Shown here one piece after another: positions 10,108-21,020 of a stretch of DNA of 64,000 nucleotides (positions are counted from its first letter, which is position 1; each line of letters opens with the position of its first letter). The translations under genes were made by a program, and so were the position numbers. The stretch spans positions 128,001 through 192,000 of the forward strand of contig CAWJEN010000005.1 in the NCBI GenBank assembly GCA_963841915.1. The letters are read 5' to 3'. The notes under the pieces were generated by a model that saw nothing but the letters and a program-made list of their open reading frames with translations, was not told the DNA's origin and searched no databases. The DNA is from an uncultured Planctomycetota bacterium. GTDB lineage: Bacteria > Planctomycetota > Phycisphaerae > Tepidisphaerales > Tepidisphaeraceae.

Positions 10108-13100
10108 CTAGCGACCTAGCAGTGCGCCCAGCGTCTCACCAAACTCGCCGAGGACGGCGGGTGCGGCTCGTGGACTCTCGACCGTGCCGCTGAGTTGCAG
10201 CGCGCTTGCCTGCGACTGAATGGCGTCGAGAATCTCCTGGGCACCGGACAGGAACGGCAGGCCGAAGGCGTCGAGCGGTTTGGCGAGCACGATGACCGTG
10301 CCGGACAGAGGTTGTGGCCCAGCACCGAAAACGTCACGAATGGTGGCGTTTCCGCGGATCTCGACACCGTCGACATAAGCGCGAAGCCCGCTGATGAACG
10401 CGGTGCCGTTGTCAATGCGTGCCGACAGGTCGACCTCGTCGCGGGCGGGCAGTTGGATGAGTTTGGCGGCTTCGAGAATGACGCGGAAGACGTCGATGGT
10501 GCCGAGCCGTGCCTCTCGGATCTTGACGTCGATGTTGCCGTTGAACGCCGACGCCGCGGCCAGGCTGCCGGTGAGCGACTCTTCGCCGAGCGCCGCCCCG
10601 CGTCCGCCTGCGGCGAGTGAGAGCGGGCCAAAGACGTTGCCGTTGAAGCTCATCACACCCTCGAGCTTGTCCCGCTCGAGCAGCGGGCCGAGCTGGCCGA
10701 GGTCAAAGTTGATACCGGTGAACGACGCCTGACCGAACTGGTCACCGCCGAGCGTGCCGTCCTCGTTGAGCGCGCGACGGTCGCGGTATTTCAGGTAGCC
10801 GTCGAACGAGCCACCGGCGACGAAGAGCCGGGCGCGTTCGGTGCTGGCGACGGTGAAGTCGTACTCGCTACGCGGTGCCGAGCCGTCCGGGCGGTCGGCA
10901 CGGCTGAAGTAGGCGACCACCTGACCGCGGTCGATGTCGACCGACCGCCATCTTGCGCTCTCTCCGCTAAAGGCGGCGTCGAACAGGATGTCGCCCTTGG
11001 GACGTGCACCAGGCGCGGGACGAACGTTCAGCGCGAAGTTCACCTCACCCTCGGCCCCTTCGGGTAGTTGCATCCGCTGAGCGAGCGGTTCGAGCAAGGC
11101 CGTGCCGCGGACCCAGACGTTGCTGCGACCGGGCAGGTCACCAAGCAGAAGAGAGCCGCCGCCACGGATGTGTCCAATGTTGGGCAACTGGCCGCGGATC
11201 TCGCGGATCTCGATCGTCTCGCCGAGGCCCAGGATGTCGAGCTTGGCGTCGAGAATCGGTTCGAGGTCGAACAGGTTCGGCCCAACAAACCCTTTCAGGC
11301 CCGCATCGAGCTCGCCGGCAAAACGGATCGGCGAGTTGAACTGCGGCCCTTCGACGTTCTCGTCGACAGCCTCTTCCTCAAGGTAAATCACCAGTTCCTG
11401 GCTCTTGAGCCGGAGCGTCGCCGCGGCCGCGTACGTGTCACCGAGCAGGTCAGGCGCCGGCGTCAGCGGATAACCGTCGGCCAGCAGATTGCGGACCGTC
11501 AGCTTCGGCGGAGCGTTGAGGTCGTACTCCAACGTCAAACTAATCGAGCGATCTGCCGTCTCCATTTCCACGCCCTCCGCCACGTCCGGCTGGAAGAAGG
11601 GATCGGCATCCGTCACCGGATCGACCAAGCCCTCTGGCATAGCGCGAACGACCCTGATCGGCAGCAACACGCGGCCCTCGAGGTAGGCGGGGTCGAGCGT
11701 GATCGTGTCGGCCACAGGGCCGAACGCGGTGGCGAGGTCGGTCACCGTGATCGAGCTGGCGGCCTTGATGCGGTTGGCGTCGAAGCCGCTGAGCGTGGCC
11801 TCGAGCGTCAGGTCAATGTTGCCCGTCGCCGGTTCGCCACCGACCTCTAACGCGATGGCTTCGCAGAGGCGGCCGACCGACAGGTCGTCGATGTCGACGG
11901 TCACCACACCCGGCAGCGTCACGTCGTACGGCACGTCGGCCGACACGGCCATTTGCGAGCCGAACAGGTCAGCGTCGGTTGTCTCAAACGTCAGCCGGTC
12001 AGGCGTCACGTTGGCCACAAACCCCGTCGCCAGATCACCCAGCTCGTACGGGCCGAAGGCAAAACCTTGTGCGTCAAGACGCCCTTCGGCACGTAGGTCG
12101 CTCGCCAGCGGGTCGCCCCAGATCGTCAAGTACGACGTCAGATCGCCGCTGAATTGGATAGAATCGTCGTTTGCCGGATCGCCTTGATTGCCGGGCGCGC
12201 CGGGGTCGACGGCAAACTTGTTCTCGGCCAGCTCGTAATCGGGTGGCGGATCAAAGCCATCCCCCTCACGTCGCACGAGCGTGATGTCGAGCGACAATGG
12301 CGGCGATGGCTCGCCGGCATCGTTCGGTTTGGGGTCGACGATGTACCACCCGCCGCCGTAGACGTTGATGTCGCCGTACCGGGCGTAGATCGAACCAATC
12401 TCGACCGGCCGCAGCTCGTTGTCGGCGACTTGCCCTTTGAAGACCGCCCCGAAGCCGAGCGGTAGCGGCACGTCGATCCGCGGTACCTGCACCGGCCAGT
12501 CGCTGGCGTCGACCCACAGGCCGTAGTTCGCCGCCCGCTTCGACTCGACCTCGCTGTCGGGCTGCGGGAGGTAGAAGATGCCCTCTGCCGAGAGAGAGCC
12601 GCTGCCGTCGACGGTCTCGAGCTTGGCCAGGCGGATGTGCGGGTCATCGACCGACTTGCGATCGGCGTCGAGCCGCACTTCGATCTTCGACCGGATCGCC
12701 GGGATCGGCAGGTCGTCGGTCTCCGGGCCGCCTTTGGCCAACACGCCTTCGGGCAGGCCCAGCTCGATGTCGAGCGTGGTGAAGTCGTGGAAGTCGTACC
12801 CGTAGACCTCGACGCGGGCCGACGCATTCTCAAAGGTGCGGCCGGCCGCCTCGCCGCTGGTTTCGAGCACAAGCGACCCGCGCGGCTCACCGAATCGGCC
12901 GTACCACAAGTCGCCCGTGAGGCTGCCGGTGAGCTTGATGCCACCGGCCGGCTGAAGGTTCTGGAAGCCGACAACGGCCGACAGCGTTTCAGACTCGAGC
13001 CCGACGACGATGTCCTCGACCAGCACGTTGCCACCGAGCAGATCGAGCAGCAAACCTTCAATGCTGGCCGCGTCGGGCGTGAGCTGGATCTTGCCGGCCA

Positions 13101-14238
13101 CAACCTGGACCGGCCCGTCAACGCCCGGCACGTTCTCGAGGCGAAGCCGCTGCGGGCTTTTTCCCTTCGTGGCGGCCGGTTCGACGGTGATGATGCCGTC
13201 GAGCAGATTGACCGTCAGATCGCCAAGCGCCTCGACGCCGACGGCAGTCGTGCCTTTGTTGAAGCTCAAAACACCGTCGATGCCGCCGTCGCTCGTGAAC
13301 GCGCCGGTCCAACCGACGTTTCCTGCGAACTCGGGCAGCGACACGAACGGCTCGGCGAGCTTGCGCAGCCCGTCGGTGACAACAATGCGAGCCTCTTGCG
13401 TGCGGCCGTTGTGCGGCGTCAGGCTCGCCCGGATCTCGGCCACGTCGGGCGCGTCGATCTTTGCCCGGTAAATTAGTGGCGACGTGTCGCCGGCCTCGAT
13501 GACCAGGCCGGTAAGTCGCTCTTCGTCCCCGGCGTTGTTGCGGACGATGACGGTGCCGTCGATCAGCTCGATGTCAGGCAGCGGCGGGAGGCTGATGGCC
13601 GACGGGCCCGTGTCGGGCGACGACGAGGAGCCGCCCGCACTGGCGAGCAGATCGAGCGACTGAAGAAGGGTCCAGTCGCCGGCGTCGCTTTGCGTCATGT
13701 AAACCGTCGGCGACTCGACCCGCACCAGACTTGGCAGCGGCGACCCGCCCGTCAAGACTTTGAGAGCGAGCAGCGGCAACGGGTCGAGTTCCGCGTAAAT
13801 CGTCGGCACCTCGATGACCTTGTCTCCCTCGGCCTCTGCCTCACCGGGCAGGCGGACGACAAGGTCTGTAATGGTGACGCCACCACCCCAGCCGATGTCG
13901 AGGTTGCCGAGCGAAACGTCGTGGCCGACGAGGCCGGTGGCGATCTCTTGCGCGATCGATCGGGGCAGCGACGACTGCAAGGCGACTGAGATGGCGACAA
14001 AGCCGATCAGCAGAACGATCAACAGCAGCGTGATGGCGGCGGCGAGACGCCTGAGCCAGCGGCTGATGAACCCGTGTCGTGGCTCGACGTGACGGACATT
14101 GTCGACGATGACGTGCCGTGGTTCGTCGACAGACGGCTGCTTGTCGACCGTGTCGGCGGACGGCTTCTCCTCGACCACGGCAGGTGTCTGCTCGGCGTCG
14201 GCGTTGGGCTTGGGTTGTTCGGGAGTCGAGTCGGCCAT
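10108..14238 (-). CDS. Large membrane-anchored AsmA/TamB-like protein
   Basis: 1376 aa, one N-terminal TM helix followed by long amphipathic beta-strand-rich sequence, C-terminal LQLSGTVESP motif typical of the AsmA-like C-terminus. Confidence 0.6.
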   Translation of the reverse strand: MADSTPEQPKPNADAEQTPAVVEEKPSADTVDKQPSVDEPRHVIVDNVRHVEPRHGFISRWLRRLAAAITLLLIVLLIGFVAISVALQSSLPRSIAQEIATGLVGHDVSLGNLDIGWGGGVTITDLVVRLPGEAEAEGDKVIEVPTIYAELDPLPLLALKVLTGGSPLPSLVRVESPTVYMTQSDAGDWTLLQSLDLLASAGGSSSSPDTGPSAISLPPLPDIELIDGTVIVRNNAGDEERLTGLVIEAGDTSPLIYRAKIDAPDVAEIRASLTPHNGRTQEARIVVTDGLRKLAEPFVSLPEFAGNVGWTGAFTSDGGIDGVLSFNKGTTAVGVEALGDLTVNLLDGIITVEPAATKGKSPQRLRLENVPGVDGPVQVVAGKIQLTPDAASIEGLLLDLLGGNVLVEDIVVGLESETLSAVVGFQNLQPAGGIKLTGSLTGDLWYGRFGEPRGSLVLETSGEAAGRTFENASARVEVYGYDFHDFTTLDIELGLPEGVLAKGGPETDDLPIPAIRSKIEVRLDADRKSVDDPHIRLAKLETVDGSGSLSAEGIFYLPQPDSEVESKRAANYGLWVDASDWPVQVPRIDVPLPLGFGAVFKGQVADNELRPVEIGSIYARYGDINVYGGGWYIVDPKPNDAGEPSPPLSLDITLVRREGDGFDPPPDYELAENKFAVDPGAPGNQGDPANDDSIQFSGDLTSYLTIWGDPLASDLRAEGRLDAQGFAFGPYELGDLATGFVANVTPDRLTFETTDADLFGSQMAVSADVPYDVTLPGVVTVDIDDLSVGRLCEAIALEVGGEPATGNIDLTLEATLSGFDANRIKAASSITVTDLATAFGPVADTITLDPAYLEGRVLLPIRVVRAMPEGLVDPVTDADPFFQPDVAEGVEMETADRSISLTLEYDLNAPPKLTVRNLLADGYPLTPAPDLLGDTYAAAATLRLKSQELVIYLEEEAVDENVEGPQFNSPIRFAGELDAGLKGFVGPNLFDLEPILDAKLDILGLGETIEIREIRGQLPNIGHIRGGGSLLLGDLPGRSNVWVRGTALLEPLAQRMQLPEGAEGEVNFALNVRPAPGARPKGDILFDAAFSGESARWRSVDIDRGQVVAYFSRADRPDGSAPRSEYDFTVASTERARLFVAGGSFDGYLKYRDRRALNEDGTLGGDQFGQASFTGINFDLGQLGPLLERDKLEGVMSFNGNVFGPLSLAAGGRGAALGEESLTGSLAAASAFNGNIDVKIREARLGTIDVFRVILEAAKLIQLPARDEVDLSARIDNGTAFISGLRAYVDGVEIRGNATIRDVFGAGPQPLSGTVIVLAKPLDAFGLPFLSGAQEILDAIQSQASALQLSGTVESPRAAPAVLGEFGETLGALLGR

Positions 14239-14281
14239 CCGTGGTCGTCAGTCTACATCAGCGGGTTGTCAGCGGAACGTC

Positions 14282-15343
14282 TTATGCTTCGCTGCTTGCG
14301 TCGCCTGTCGCGGCGAGCACACGCTGGCGGTGGTGGCGACGGACACTGAGGTCGATCGCCATGGCAATGGCGGCCTTCATGCTCGACGGATCGGCCTTGT
14401 TCTTACCGGCAATGTCGAAAGCGGTGCCGTGGTCCGGGCTGGTCCGCACGATCGGCAGGCCCAGCGTCAGGTTCACGCTCTTCTCGAAGCCGACGAGCTT
14501 CACCGGAATCAGGCCCTGATCGTGGTACATTGCGACGACGGCATCGAATTCGCCCTTCAGGGCACGCAGGAACGCCGTGTCGCCCGGCAGCGGGCCAATG
14601 CAGTCGATGCCGTTGTTGCGGGCCAGCTGCATCGCCGGCTCGATGAGGCGTTCTTCTTCGTCACCGAACGCGCCGTTTTCGCCCGCATGGGGATTGAGGC
14701 CACAAACAGCAATGCGCGGGCGAGGTACGTCAAACCAGTCGACGAGCGCGTGATGCAACAGGTCGATCGGGCGAAAGATCGTGCCGATCTTGAGGCGGCC
14801 CCACAGCGAGTTGATGCCGACGTGTGTGGTGGCGAGGGCCACACGAAGCGGGCCGCCGGCGAACATCATCGCGTAGTCACGGCTACCGGTTTTCTCCGCG
14901 AACAGCTCGGTGTGGCCCGGGTAGTTGTACCCGGCGAGGTGCCAGCTTCGCTTGGCGATGGGAGCGGTGACGACGGCATCGACGAGATTCGCCTGAGCGG
15001 CGGTGATGGCGTCGAGACAGAACCGAAGGCTCGCCCTGCCGCCGTCGCGGCTGGGCCCGCGCGTGCTGGCCGCCAGGCCGCTCGTGGTCGAGAACTGGTC
15101 ATAGTCAACGACCACGACTTCGTGCCCGTACCGACGCTGCCGGCCGGCAAAGGCGTCACGCCACCAGAAGACGTCCATCTCCGCCAAATCGGCCGCGTAG
15201 GCCAGTTGCTCGTTGAGGCCGTAGACGACGAACCGTGCCCGCTGACGAAGCTCTGCGTCGGCCAGGGCTTTGACCACGACCTCGGGCCCGATGCCGCTCG
15301 GATCTCCCATGGTGATGGCGATAGTCGGGCGGAAGTCGGTCAT
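14282..15343 (-). CDS. pdxA: 4-hydroxythreonine-4-phosphate dehydrogenase
   Basis: IAITMGDPSGIGPEV, VTAPIAK, PGHTE, GLNPHAGE, AMYHDQGLIPVK, RTSPDHGTAFDIAG. Confidence 0.95.
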   Translation of the reverse strand: MTDFRPTIAITMGDPSGIGPEVVVKALADAELRQRARFVVYGLNEQLAYAADLAEMDVFWWRDAFAGRQRRYGHEVVVVDYDQFSTTSGLAASTRGPSRDGGRASLRFCLDAITAAQANLVDAVVTAPIAKRSWHLAGYNYPGHTELFAEKTGSRDYAMMFAGGPLRVALATTHVGINSLWGRLKIGTIFRPIDLLHHALVDWFDVPRPRIAVCGLNPHAGENGAFGDEEERLIEPAMQLARNNGIDCIGPLPGDTAFLRALKGEFDAVVAMYHDQGLIPVKLVGFEKSVNLTLGLPIVRTSPDHGTAFDIAGKNKADPSSMKAAIAMAIDLSVRRHHRQRVLAATGDASSEA

Positions 15344-16011
15344 GATCGCGGTCCTGTCAGCTCTCGACGCTGAATCATGTCCAACAACTGGCCCGCGGGC
15401 AACTGCGACGCGTCGGCATTTGCGGCGAGCATCTTGGCCAACGTGTGCACGACGCCTTTGGCCAGCACGTCTGCCTCGAAGTTGAAGTGCCAGCCGATGT
15501 CGCGATCGCCGAGGGCCGTCTTTTGCAGCGTCGTCGGAATGAGGGCGACGTCGAAGGTTTCTGCGGTCAGCGACGCGACAGTGAGCGAGACGCCGTCGAT
15601 GCAGACGCTGCCTTTGGGAAATACGAACGGCATCAATGCCGCGGGCGGCTTTACAGTGAGTCGCCATTCTTCATCGGTCGCGACGCGTTCGACAAGCTCT
15701 GCCCGCCCGTCGACGTGGCCTTGGACGAAGTGGCCGTCGATGCGCGACGTCGGCTGAAGCGACCGTTCGACGTGGACGCGGTCGCCCTGCTGCAGGTCGC
15801 CGAGGTTGGTCTTGTCGAGCGACTCGCGGATGACGTCGAATGCGAGGCCGTCGGGCAAGATCTCGGCGACGGTCAGGCAGCAGCCGTTGACGGCAATGCT
15901 TTCGCCGTGCTGCTCGTCGCCCCAGCGGTGACCCAGAACAATGCGGCGTCCGCCGGCATGGTCCTGCAGGGTGGCGATCTCGACGGCCGCCTCGACGATG
16001 CCCGTGAACAT
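15340..16011 (-). CDS. ribE: Riboflavin synthase (alpha chain)
   Basis: MFTGIVE start, SIAVNGCCLTV, GHFVQGHVDG, KGSVCIDGVSLTV, LIPTTL. Confidence 0.95.
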   Translation of the reverse strand: MFTGIVEAAVEIATLQDHAGGRRIVLGHRWGDEQHGESIAVNGCCLTVAEILPDGLAFDVIRESLDKTNLGDLQQGDRVHVERSLQPTSRIDGHFVQGHVDGRAELVERVATDEEWRLTVKPPAALMPFVFPKGSVCIDGVSLTVASLTAETFDVALIPTTLQKTALGDRDIGWHFNFEADVLAKGVVHTLAKMLAANADASQLPAGQLLDMIQRRELTGPRS

Positions 16012-16061
16012 GCAACACCGTAGCGGAGCGGCGGTGACAGTCGTGCCCGCTAGCGTCGATC

Positions 16062-16883
16062 ATGTCACGCCATTTGAAGGACATGATCTGCCTCATCACT
16101 GGTGCCAGCAGCGGCATCGGCCAGGCGCTGGCCCGTCAACTCGGCGACGCAGGGGCAAAGCTCGTCCTCGTCGCCCGACGCGGCGACAAGCTCGACAGCC
16201 TTAACGAAGAACTCGGCGGTGGGCACCTCGTCCACGTCGGAGATGTCTCGACGGCCGACGCGTGTCGCGACATGATCGACGCCTGCTACGACCGCTTCGG
16301 CCGCCTCGATACGCTCGTCGCCAACGCCGGTTATGGCATCAGCAAGCCATCGTGGAAGCAGACCCCTGACGAGGTCCGCCAAATGTTCGCCACGAACGTC
16401 TTCGGCAGTCACGACCTGGCATTCCATGCCGTCCCGCGGATGCTCGAGCAGGACAAACGCGACGATTATCGCGGGCAGATCGTCTATGTCAGCTCCGCCG
16501 CCGCCCGCCGGGGGTTGCCGTTCTTCGGGCCCTACTCAGCAACGAAAGCGGCCCAGCTGTCACTGGCCGAAACGATGCGAGTCGAACTGGCCGATGAGAA
16601 GATCGCCGTGACGAGCGTTCACCCGATCGGCACGACCACATCTTTCTTTGACGTTGCAGAAGACGGCCATGACAACACCAAGGTGACTGGCATCGGAAAC
16701 CGTGGCCAGCAACAGACGGCCGAGCACGTCGCCAGCCGCATGCTCGCGGCCATTCAGAAGCCGGTCCGCGAGGTCTGGCCCGCACGGGTCTACCGGTTCC
16801 TGCTTGGGATGACCACCATCACGCCCGGCGTTGGTGACCGCGTCATGCGAAAGATGAAACAGCAGATCGATGCCGAGGCCTAA
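16062..16883 (+). CDS. Short-chain dehydrogenase/reductase
   Basis: TGASSGIG, NAG, YSATK catalytic motif. Confidence 0.9.
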   Translation: MSRHLKDMICLITGASSGIGQALARQLGDAGAKLVLVARRGDKLDSLNEELGGGHLVHVGDVSTADACRDMIDACYDRFGRLDTLVANAGYGISKPSWKQTPDEVRQMFATNVFGSHDLAFHAVPRMLEQDKRDDYRGQIVYVSSAAARRGLPFFGPYSATKAAQLSLAETMRVELADEKIAVTSVHPIGTTTSFFDVAEDGHDNTKVTGIGNRGQQQTAEHVASRMLAAIQKPVREVWPARVYRFLLGMTTITPGVGDRVMRKMKQQIDAEA

Positions 16884-16893
16884 CCCGAAGCGC

Positions 16894-17934
16894 TTACAAC
16901 TTCAGCTCGAACGCCGCCCGCACGTACGCGCCGTCGTCGATTTCGGCGAGCAGATCGACGTCGCGCGTGTCCCACCCTTCCTCGATCCTGCGATCGAACG
17001 CCCAGCCGCCGGCCAGGACAAAGCGAAATTCCTCAATCGTTTTCCCCGGCTCGATCGCCAAACCGACTTCTGCCAGATTCTGACTGAAAAAGACGCGGTC
17101 GCCCGCCCGCAGTTCGTCCCACGAGGCGGCAACGGTTCGACTGCTGATGCTCCCATACAGCTCCAACGGCCGGTCCCACACGCGGGCGATGTCGTACTCG
17201 ATCGAGCCGCTGACGGCGCTGGGCAGCGCGAGCTGAATGTCGATCGACAGCCGATCGGTCGGCTCCCATTCGAAACCGCTGAACGGAAAGCCGACAGCCA
17301 GCGAGAAGTTGTCGTTGAGCTCGCGTCGGTACTGGAAGCCTGGCAGCGGGACGTCGGGCAGGATCGTCCGGTTGCCGTCGAAGCTCAGGACAAGGCCGAA
17401 GCTGTCACCGGATTCGAAGGTTTTACCGACGGCGAAGTTGGCTTGGGCGTACGGGGCATTGCCGTCTTCGGGCAGGAATGGCGCGACGTCATTGGCCGCT
17501 TCGTCACCGCCGCCGCTCGCCGATGCGTAGCCGATGCCGACGGTCACGCCACCAAGCCAGCCGTCGACGGCCAGAATGCCCATGCCGACACCCACGCTGC
17601 CATCACCGATGCGGCGTGGTACGTTCGGGTCGTCTGAATCGAGCTGAAAAGCTGTCAACGCATACCCCGCACGCGGCTGCGCACGGGCGAGTCCCTCGTC
17701 ACTTTCACCAGGCGTCAGGCGGACGCGGCCTTCGAAGCGGATCTGGTCGATGCGGAAGTCGAAACCGTTATTCGTCGTCGTCGGCGTACCGATGAGCCAT
17801 TCGCTGTTGATCTCGATCTGATCGTCCCGGCGAAACGGGTCGAGAAGCAGGGTCGGGCCCGTCTGCGCCGCCACCATGGCGTTGGTCACGAACAAGGCGG
17901 CGACGGCAACAACGTTTCGACAACTCTTGGGCAT
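16894..17934 (-). CDS. Exported putative outer-membrane beta-barrel protein
   Basis: Signal peptide, alternating amphipathic beta strands, C-terminal AYVRAAFELKL. Confidence 0.55.
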   Translation of the reverse strand: MPKSCRNVVAVAALFVTNAMVAAQTGPTLLLDPFRRDDQIEINSEWLIGTPTTTNNGFDFRIDQIRFEGRVRLTPGESDEGLARAQPRAGYALTAFQLDSDDPNVPRRIGDGSVGVGMGILAVDGWLGGVTVGIGYASASGGGDEAANDVAPFLPEDGNAPYAQANFAVGKTFESGDSFGLVLSFDGNRTILPDVPLPGFQYRRELNDNFSLAVGFPFSGFEWEPTDRLSIDIQLALPSAVSGSIEYDIARVWDRPLELYGSISSRTVAASWDELRAGDRVFFSQNLAEVGLAIEPGKTIEEFRFVLAGGWAFDRRIEEGWDTRDVDLLAEIDDGAYVRAAFELKL

Positions 17935-17984
17935 GGGCGATCGAGCCTATCCGTCACAACCGTTGTCGCCTACGTTCAGGCTTC

Positions 17985-18632
17985 GTGGTTGTCCGCCTTC
18001 TCCTGCTGCTCGTCATCCTGCCGCTTACCGGCTGCGCCACGATCCGCGTCACCGATCCGCCGCGCTCCGCCGACGAGCAGTTCCTCCAGAGCGAGGCCAT
18101 CCGGCAGGCCATCGCACAGTTCTCGTTCAGCAGTCTGCGAGACCGCCGCGTCTTCCTGAGCGACCAGTACCTCATGACGACCGACAACCTGCAGGTCGAG
18201 GGCATTGGGGCCGTCCCGGAGTACGAGCGGCTGTTCCTGCTCGGTGAGCTTCGCAATCGCATGCTCATCGAGGGCGTGGAGCTGGCCTCGACCATCGACA
18301 CAAGCGACATCGTCCTCGAAGTGCGATCCGGAGCCGTCGGCGTCAACCGCAGCGACTTCCTGCTCGGCGTGCCCGGAACTGATGTGGCTGTGGGCGATGT
18401 CGAGGTCAGCGGCAACCAGATTCCCGTCATCCTGCCCGAGTTGGCGATCGTCAAGAACGTCAAGCAGCGCGGCTTTGCCAGCGTCAGCATCACGGCCTAC
18501 TGGCGTGACACGGGCAACCTCGTCGCCAGCAGCGGGCCATTCGTCGGCCGCACGATCCGGACCGACTACTGGTTCTTCGGCCTCGGCCCGCGGACCTCGG
18601 GTGATATTCCGCCCGTCGAAGCCGACGAGTAG
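17985..18632 (+). CDS. Lipoprotein of unknown function
   Basis: Lipobox LTGC after a hydrophobic stretch; PRSADEQFL motif. Confidence 0.7.
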   Translation: MVVRLLLLLVILPLTGCATIRVTDPPRSADEQFLQSEAIRQAIAQFSFSSLRDRRVFLSDQYLMTTDNLQVEGIGAVPEYERLFLLGELRNRMLIEGVELASTIDTSDIVLEVRSGAVGVNRSDFLLGVPGTDVAVGDVEVSGNQIPVILPELAIVKNVKQRGFASVSITAYWRDTGNLVASSGPFVGRTIRTDYWFFGLGPRTSGDIPPVEADE

Positions 18633-18642
18633 CGAAAACGGT

Positions 18643-19101
18643 TCACGCGACCTTGCGGATCGAACGCACGTGGTCCGACAGCTCGGTGGGCGTTGCGTCC
18701 AGGCGAATTTGCACGCCCACGTCCCAGGTGTCGGCATCGAGCGGGCGACACCGTTTGACCTGGCCGAGCAGGTGAACGATCCCGCCACGCTCTCGCGGGA
18801 GCACGAGTAGGAAGCGGCTCTCGATGGCCATCGGGGTGTTGCAGATAATGCCCAAACCGCTCGGGGCGATGTTGCGGACCCGCACCATCATCGAGGCGTG
18901 CCCGCCGGGCGTGAGCTTCATGTGGTCGGCGACGGCCGGATGACCTTCGTCGGCGGGCAGAGGCAGAATCGTCACACGTTGCCGAAGACCGACGCGTGGC
19001 AGCTTTCGTCGACGCAGGCCGCTACCGGCCTGACCCGAGCGCGCGTGAATTCCGTCGCTGCGGAGGCTTCGGAGCACTTCGAGTAGGTGTTCAGCGGTCA
19101 T
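18643..19101 (-). CDS. PilZ domain protein
   Basis: RRKLPRV (RxxxR) and NIAPSGLG ((D/N)xSxxG-like), GQVKRC, VGVQI. Confidence 0.7.
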   Translation of the reverse strand: MTAEHLLEVLRSLRSDGIHARSGQAGSGLRRRKLPRVGLRQRVTILPLPADEGHPAVADHMKLTPGGHASMMVRVRNIAPSGLGIICNTPMAIESRFLLVLPRERGGIVHLLGQVKRCRPLDADTWDVGVQIRLDATPTELSDHVRSIRKVA

Positions 19102-19241
19102 CTTCTTGCTTCTTCATCGCCATCACAAAGGGTCGACTGGTCCCCGCGCCCGTTACCGGACGGCCGTTGAGCCTGCAGACGACACCGTCGACACCGCCAA
19201 CATCCGATTGGCGTAGCGTTGGTGCAACCACTTGCCCCGCG

Positions 19242-19271
19242 TTGACTTTGCCGAAGCGGCCTCTTTAGGGT
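19242..19271 (+). promoter_or_regulatory. Candidate sigma-70 promoter for the peptidase-accB-accC operon
   Basis: TTGACT (19242-19247), 18-nt spacer, TAGGGT (19266-19271). Confidence 0.35.
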
Positions 19272-19303
19272 GGCGACCCCTCTGCCTTCGTCTGCCAACG
19301 CCT

Positions 19304-20443
19304 ATGCCCTCTCGACAGCCCGCACTGAAGCCCAAGGCTTACCTCAAGGCCCGCCACAAAACCGCCGACAAGGCGCTCGACTCCCTCGGCATCGACGCCC
19401 TGCTGCTGACGACCCCGGCAGATCTGGCCTACCTCACCAACTTCACCGGTGATGATTCGATCGGCATCTACACCAAGGCCGACACGTTCCTCATCACCGA
19501 CTTCCGCTACACGGAACAGGCCGAGATGGAGGCAGCCTGGTTGAAGGTGATCGAGCGGAAAGATGAGATCAACCGCATGGCCACCGCCATCGCCCACACG
19601 ATCAAGGCTCAGGGCTTCTCGAAGGTCGGCTTCGACGCCAACTCGATGCTGGTTGGGCAGTACGACGCGGTGCTCGAGGCCCTCGACGGGTTCGACCACG
19701 ATTGCGAGCTCATTGCAACGGCTGATGTGATCCTTACGCAGCGGAAGGTAAAGGACGATCACGAGATCGGCCTGCTCCGCGTCGCCGCCGAAGTTGCCGA
19801 AGAAGCTTTTAATGCTGTCCGCTCGTCGATTCAACCGGGCGAAACCGAGGGGTACTTAGCCGGCCTGCTGGCAATGGAAATGAAGTCGCGTGGGGCGACG
19901 GACCCGAGTTTCAGCCCAATCGTCGCAGCAGGCCCCGCCAGCTCGCTGCCGCACTATCGCCCCAGCGACGCGTTGCTGCAGAAGGACGCCTTTTGCCTCT
20001 TTGACTGGGGCGCACGCGTGGACGGCTATTGCAGCGACATGACCCGCACGTTCGCCCTGGGACGCGTGTCGTCAAAACTCAAGGAGATTCACAAGGTCAC
20101 GCTCGACGCGCAACTGGCAGCCATCGAGTTCATCCGGCCGGGCGTCGGCAGCAAGGAAGTCGACGCCGTCGCCCGCGACATCATCAAAAAGGCCGGATAC
20201 GGCGACTACTTCGGTCACGGCCTGGGGCACGGCATCGGTCGCGACATCCATGAGCTGCCGCGACTTCGCAAAGAAGGCGACGACGACGAACTGCGGCCCG
20301 GCATGGTCGTCACCGTCGAACCAGGTATCTACCTGCCAGGCGAAGGTGGCGTGCGAATCGAAGACGACATCCTCGTCACGCACACCGGCCACGAGCTGCT
20401 GACAGGCCTGCCCAAGACCTTCCAGGACTGCCACATCGAATAG
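19304..20443 (+). CDS. Xaa-Pro aminopeptidase (M24 family)
   Basis: Creatinase N-domain (YLTNFTG, TDFRY); [33 protein letters not shown]. Confidence 0.92.
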   Translation: MPSRQPALKPKAYLKARHKTADKALDSLGIDALLLTTPADLAYLTNFTGDDSIGIYTKADTFLITDFRYTEQAEMEAAWLKVIERKDEINRMATAIAHTIKAQGFSKVGFDANSMLVGQYDAVLEALDGFDHDCELIATADVILTQRKVKDDHEIGLLRVAAEVAEEAFNAVRSSIQPGETEGYLAGLLAMEMKSRGATDPSFSPIVAAGPASSLPHYRPSDALLQKDAFCLFDWGARVDGYCSDMTRTFALGRVSSKLKEIHKVTLDAQLAAIEFIRPGVGSKEVDAVARDIIKKAGYGDYFGHGLGHGIGRDIHELPRLRKEGDDDELRPGMVVTVEPGIYLPGEGGVRIEDDILVTHTGHELLTGLPKTFQDCHIE

Positions 20444-20502
20444 TCGTCGCGACGGCACGTCGACTTGCTTTGACCGCACTGACCCGAATCGAGACCTCAA
20501 CT

Positions 20503-21006
20503 GTGGCGACCAAACCCCCTGCCAAGCCCGACGCCAAGAGCGTGACCGGTGACCCGATGGACGTCGAACGCCTCGAGCGTTTGTTCGGCCTGATGACCGA
20601 GCACGGCCTGACCAACCTTGAACTCCAAGACGGCGACAAACGCATCACGCTGTCCCGCGGTCAAGTCGCCGCCGCACCCGCCGCGCCGCCGGCGCCGATG
20701 GCCGCGGCGCCTGCGGCAGCACCTGCCCCCGCCGCCGCGCCTGCCGCTGCTGCGTCGACGGCCGGGCTCAAGGAGATCGTCAGCCCGATGGTCGGCACCT
20801 TCTACGCCTCGCCCAAGCCCGGCTCGCCCGCCTTCATCAGCGTCGGCACCAAGGTCGCCGGCAGCACCGACGTCTGCATCATCGAAGCCATGAAGGTCTT
20901 CAACACAATTAAGGCCGACGTGTCGGGCACGGTCGAGCAGATCCTCGTTGCCGACGGCGACGCGGTGGAATTCGGTCAGGTTCTGTTCCTCGTCAAGCCG
21001 AGCTAA
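20503..21006 (+). CDS. accB: Acetyl-CoA carboxylase biotin carboxyl carrier protein
   Basis: SPMVGTFY, IIEAMKVFN biotinylation motif, Ala/Pro linker; start uncertain (GTG 20503 or TTG 20470). Confidence 0.93.
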   Translation: MATKPPAKPDAKSVTGDPMDVERLERLFGLMTEHGLTNLELQDGDKRITLSRGQVAAAPAAPPAPMAAAPAAAPAPAAAPAAAASTAGLKEIVSPMVGTFYASPKPGSPAFISVGTKVAGSTDVCIIEAMKVFNTIKADVSGTVEQILVADGDAVEFGQVLFLVKPS

Positions 21007-21020
21007 GGAGACGCCGAGCC

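Noticed and set aside
20665..20765. GCC/CCG-rich repeats in accB
   Set aside because: Ordinary Ala/Pro linker of BCCP.
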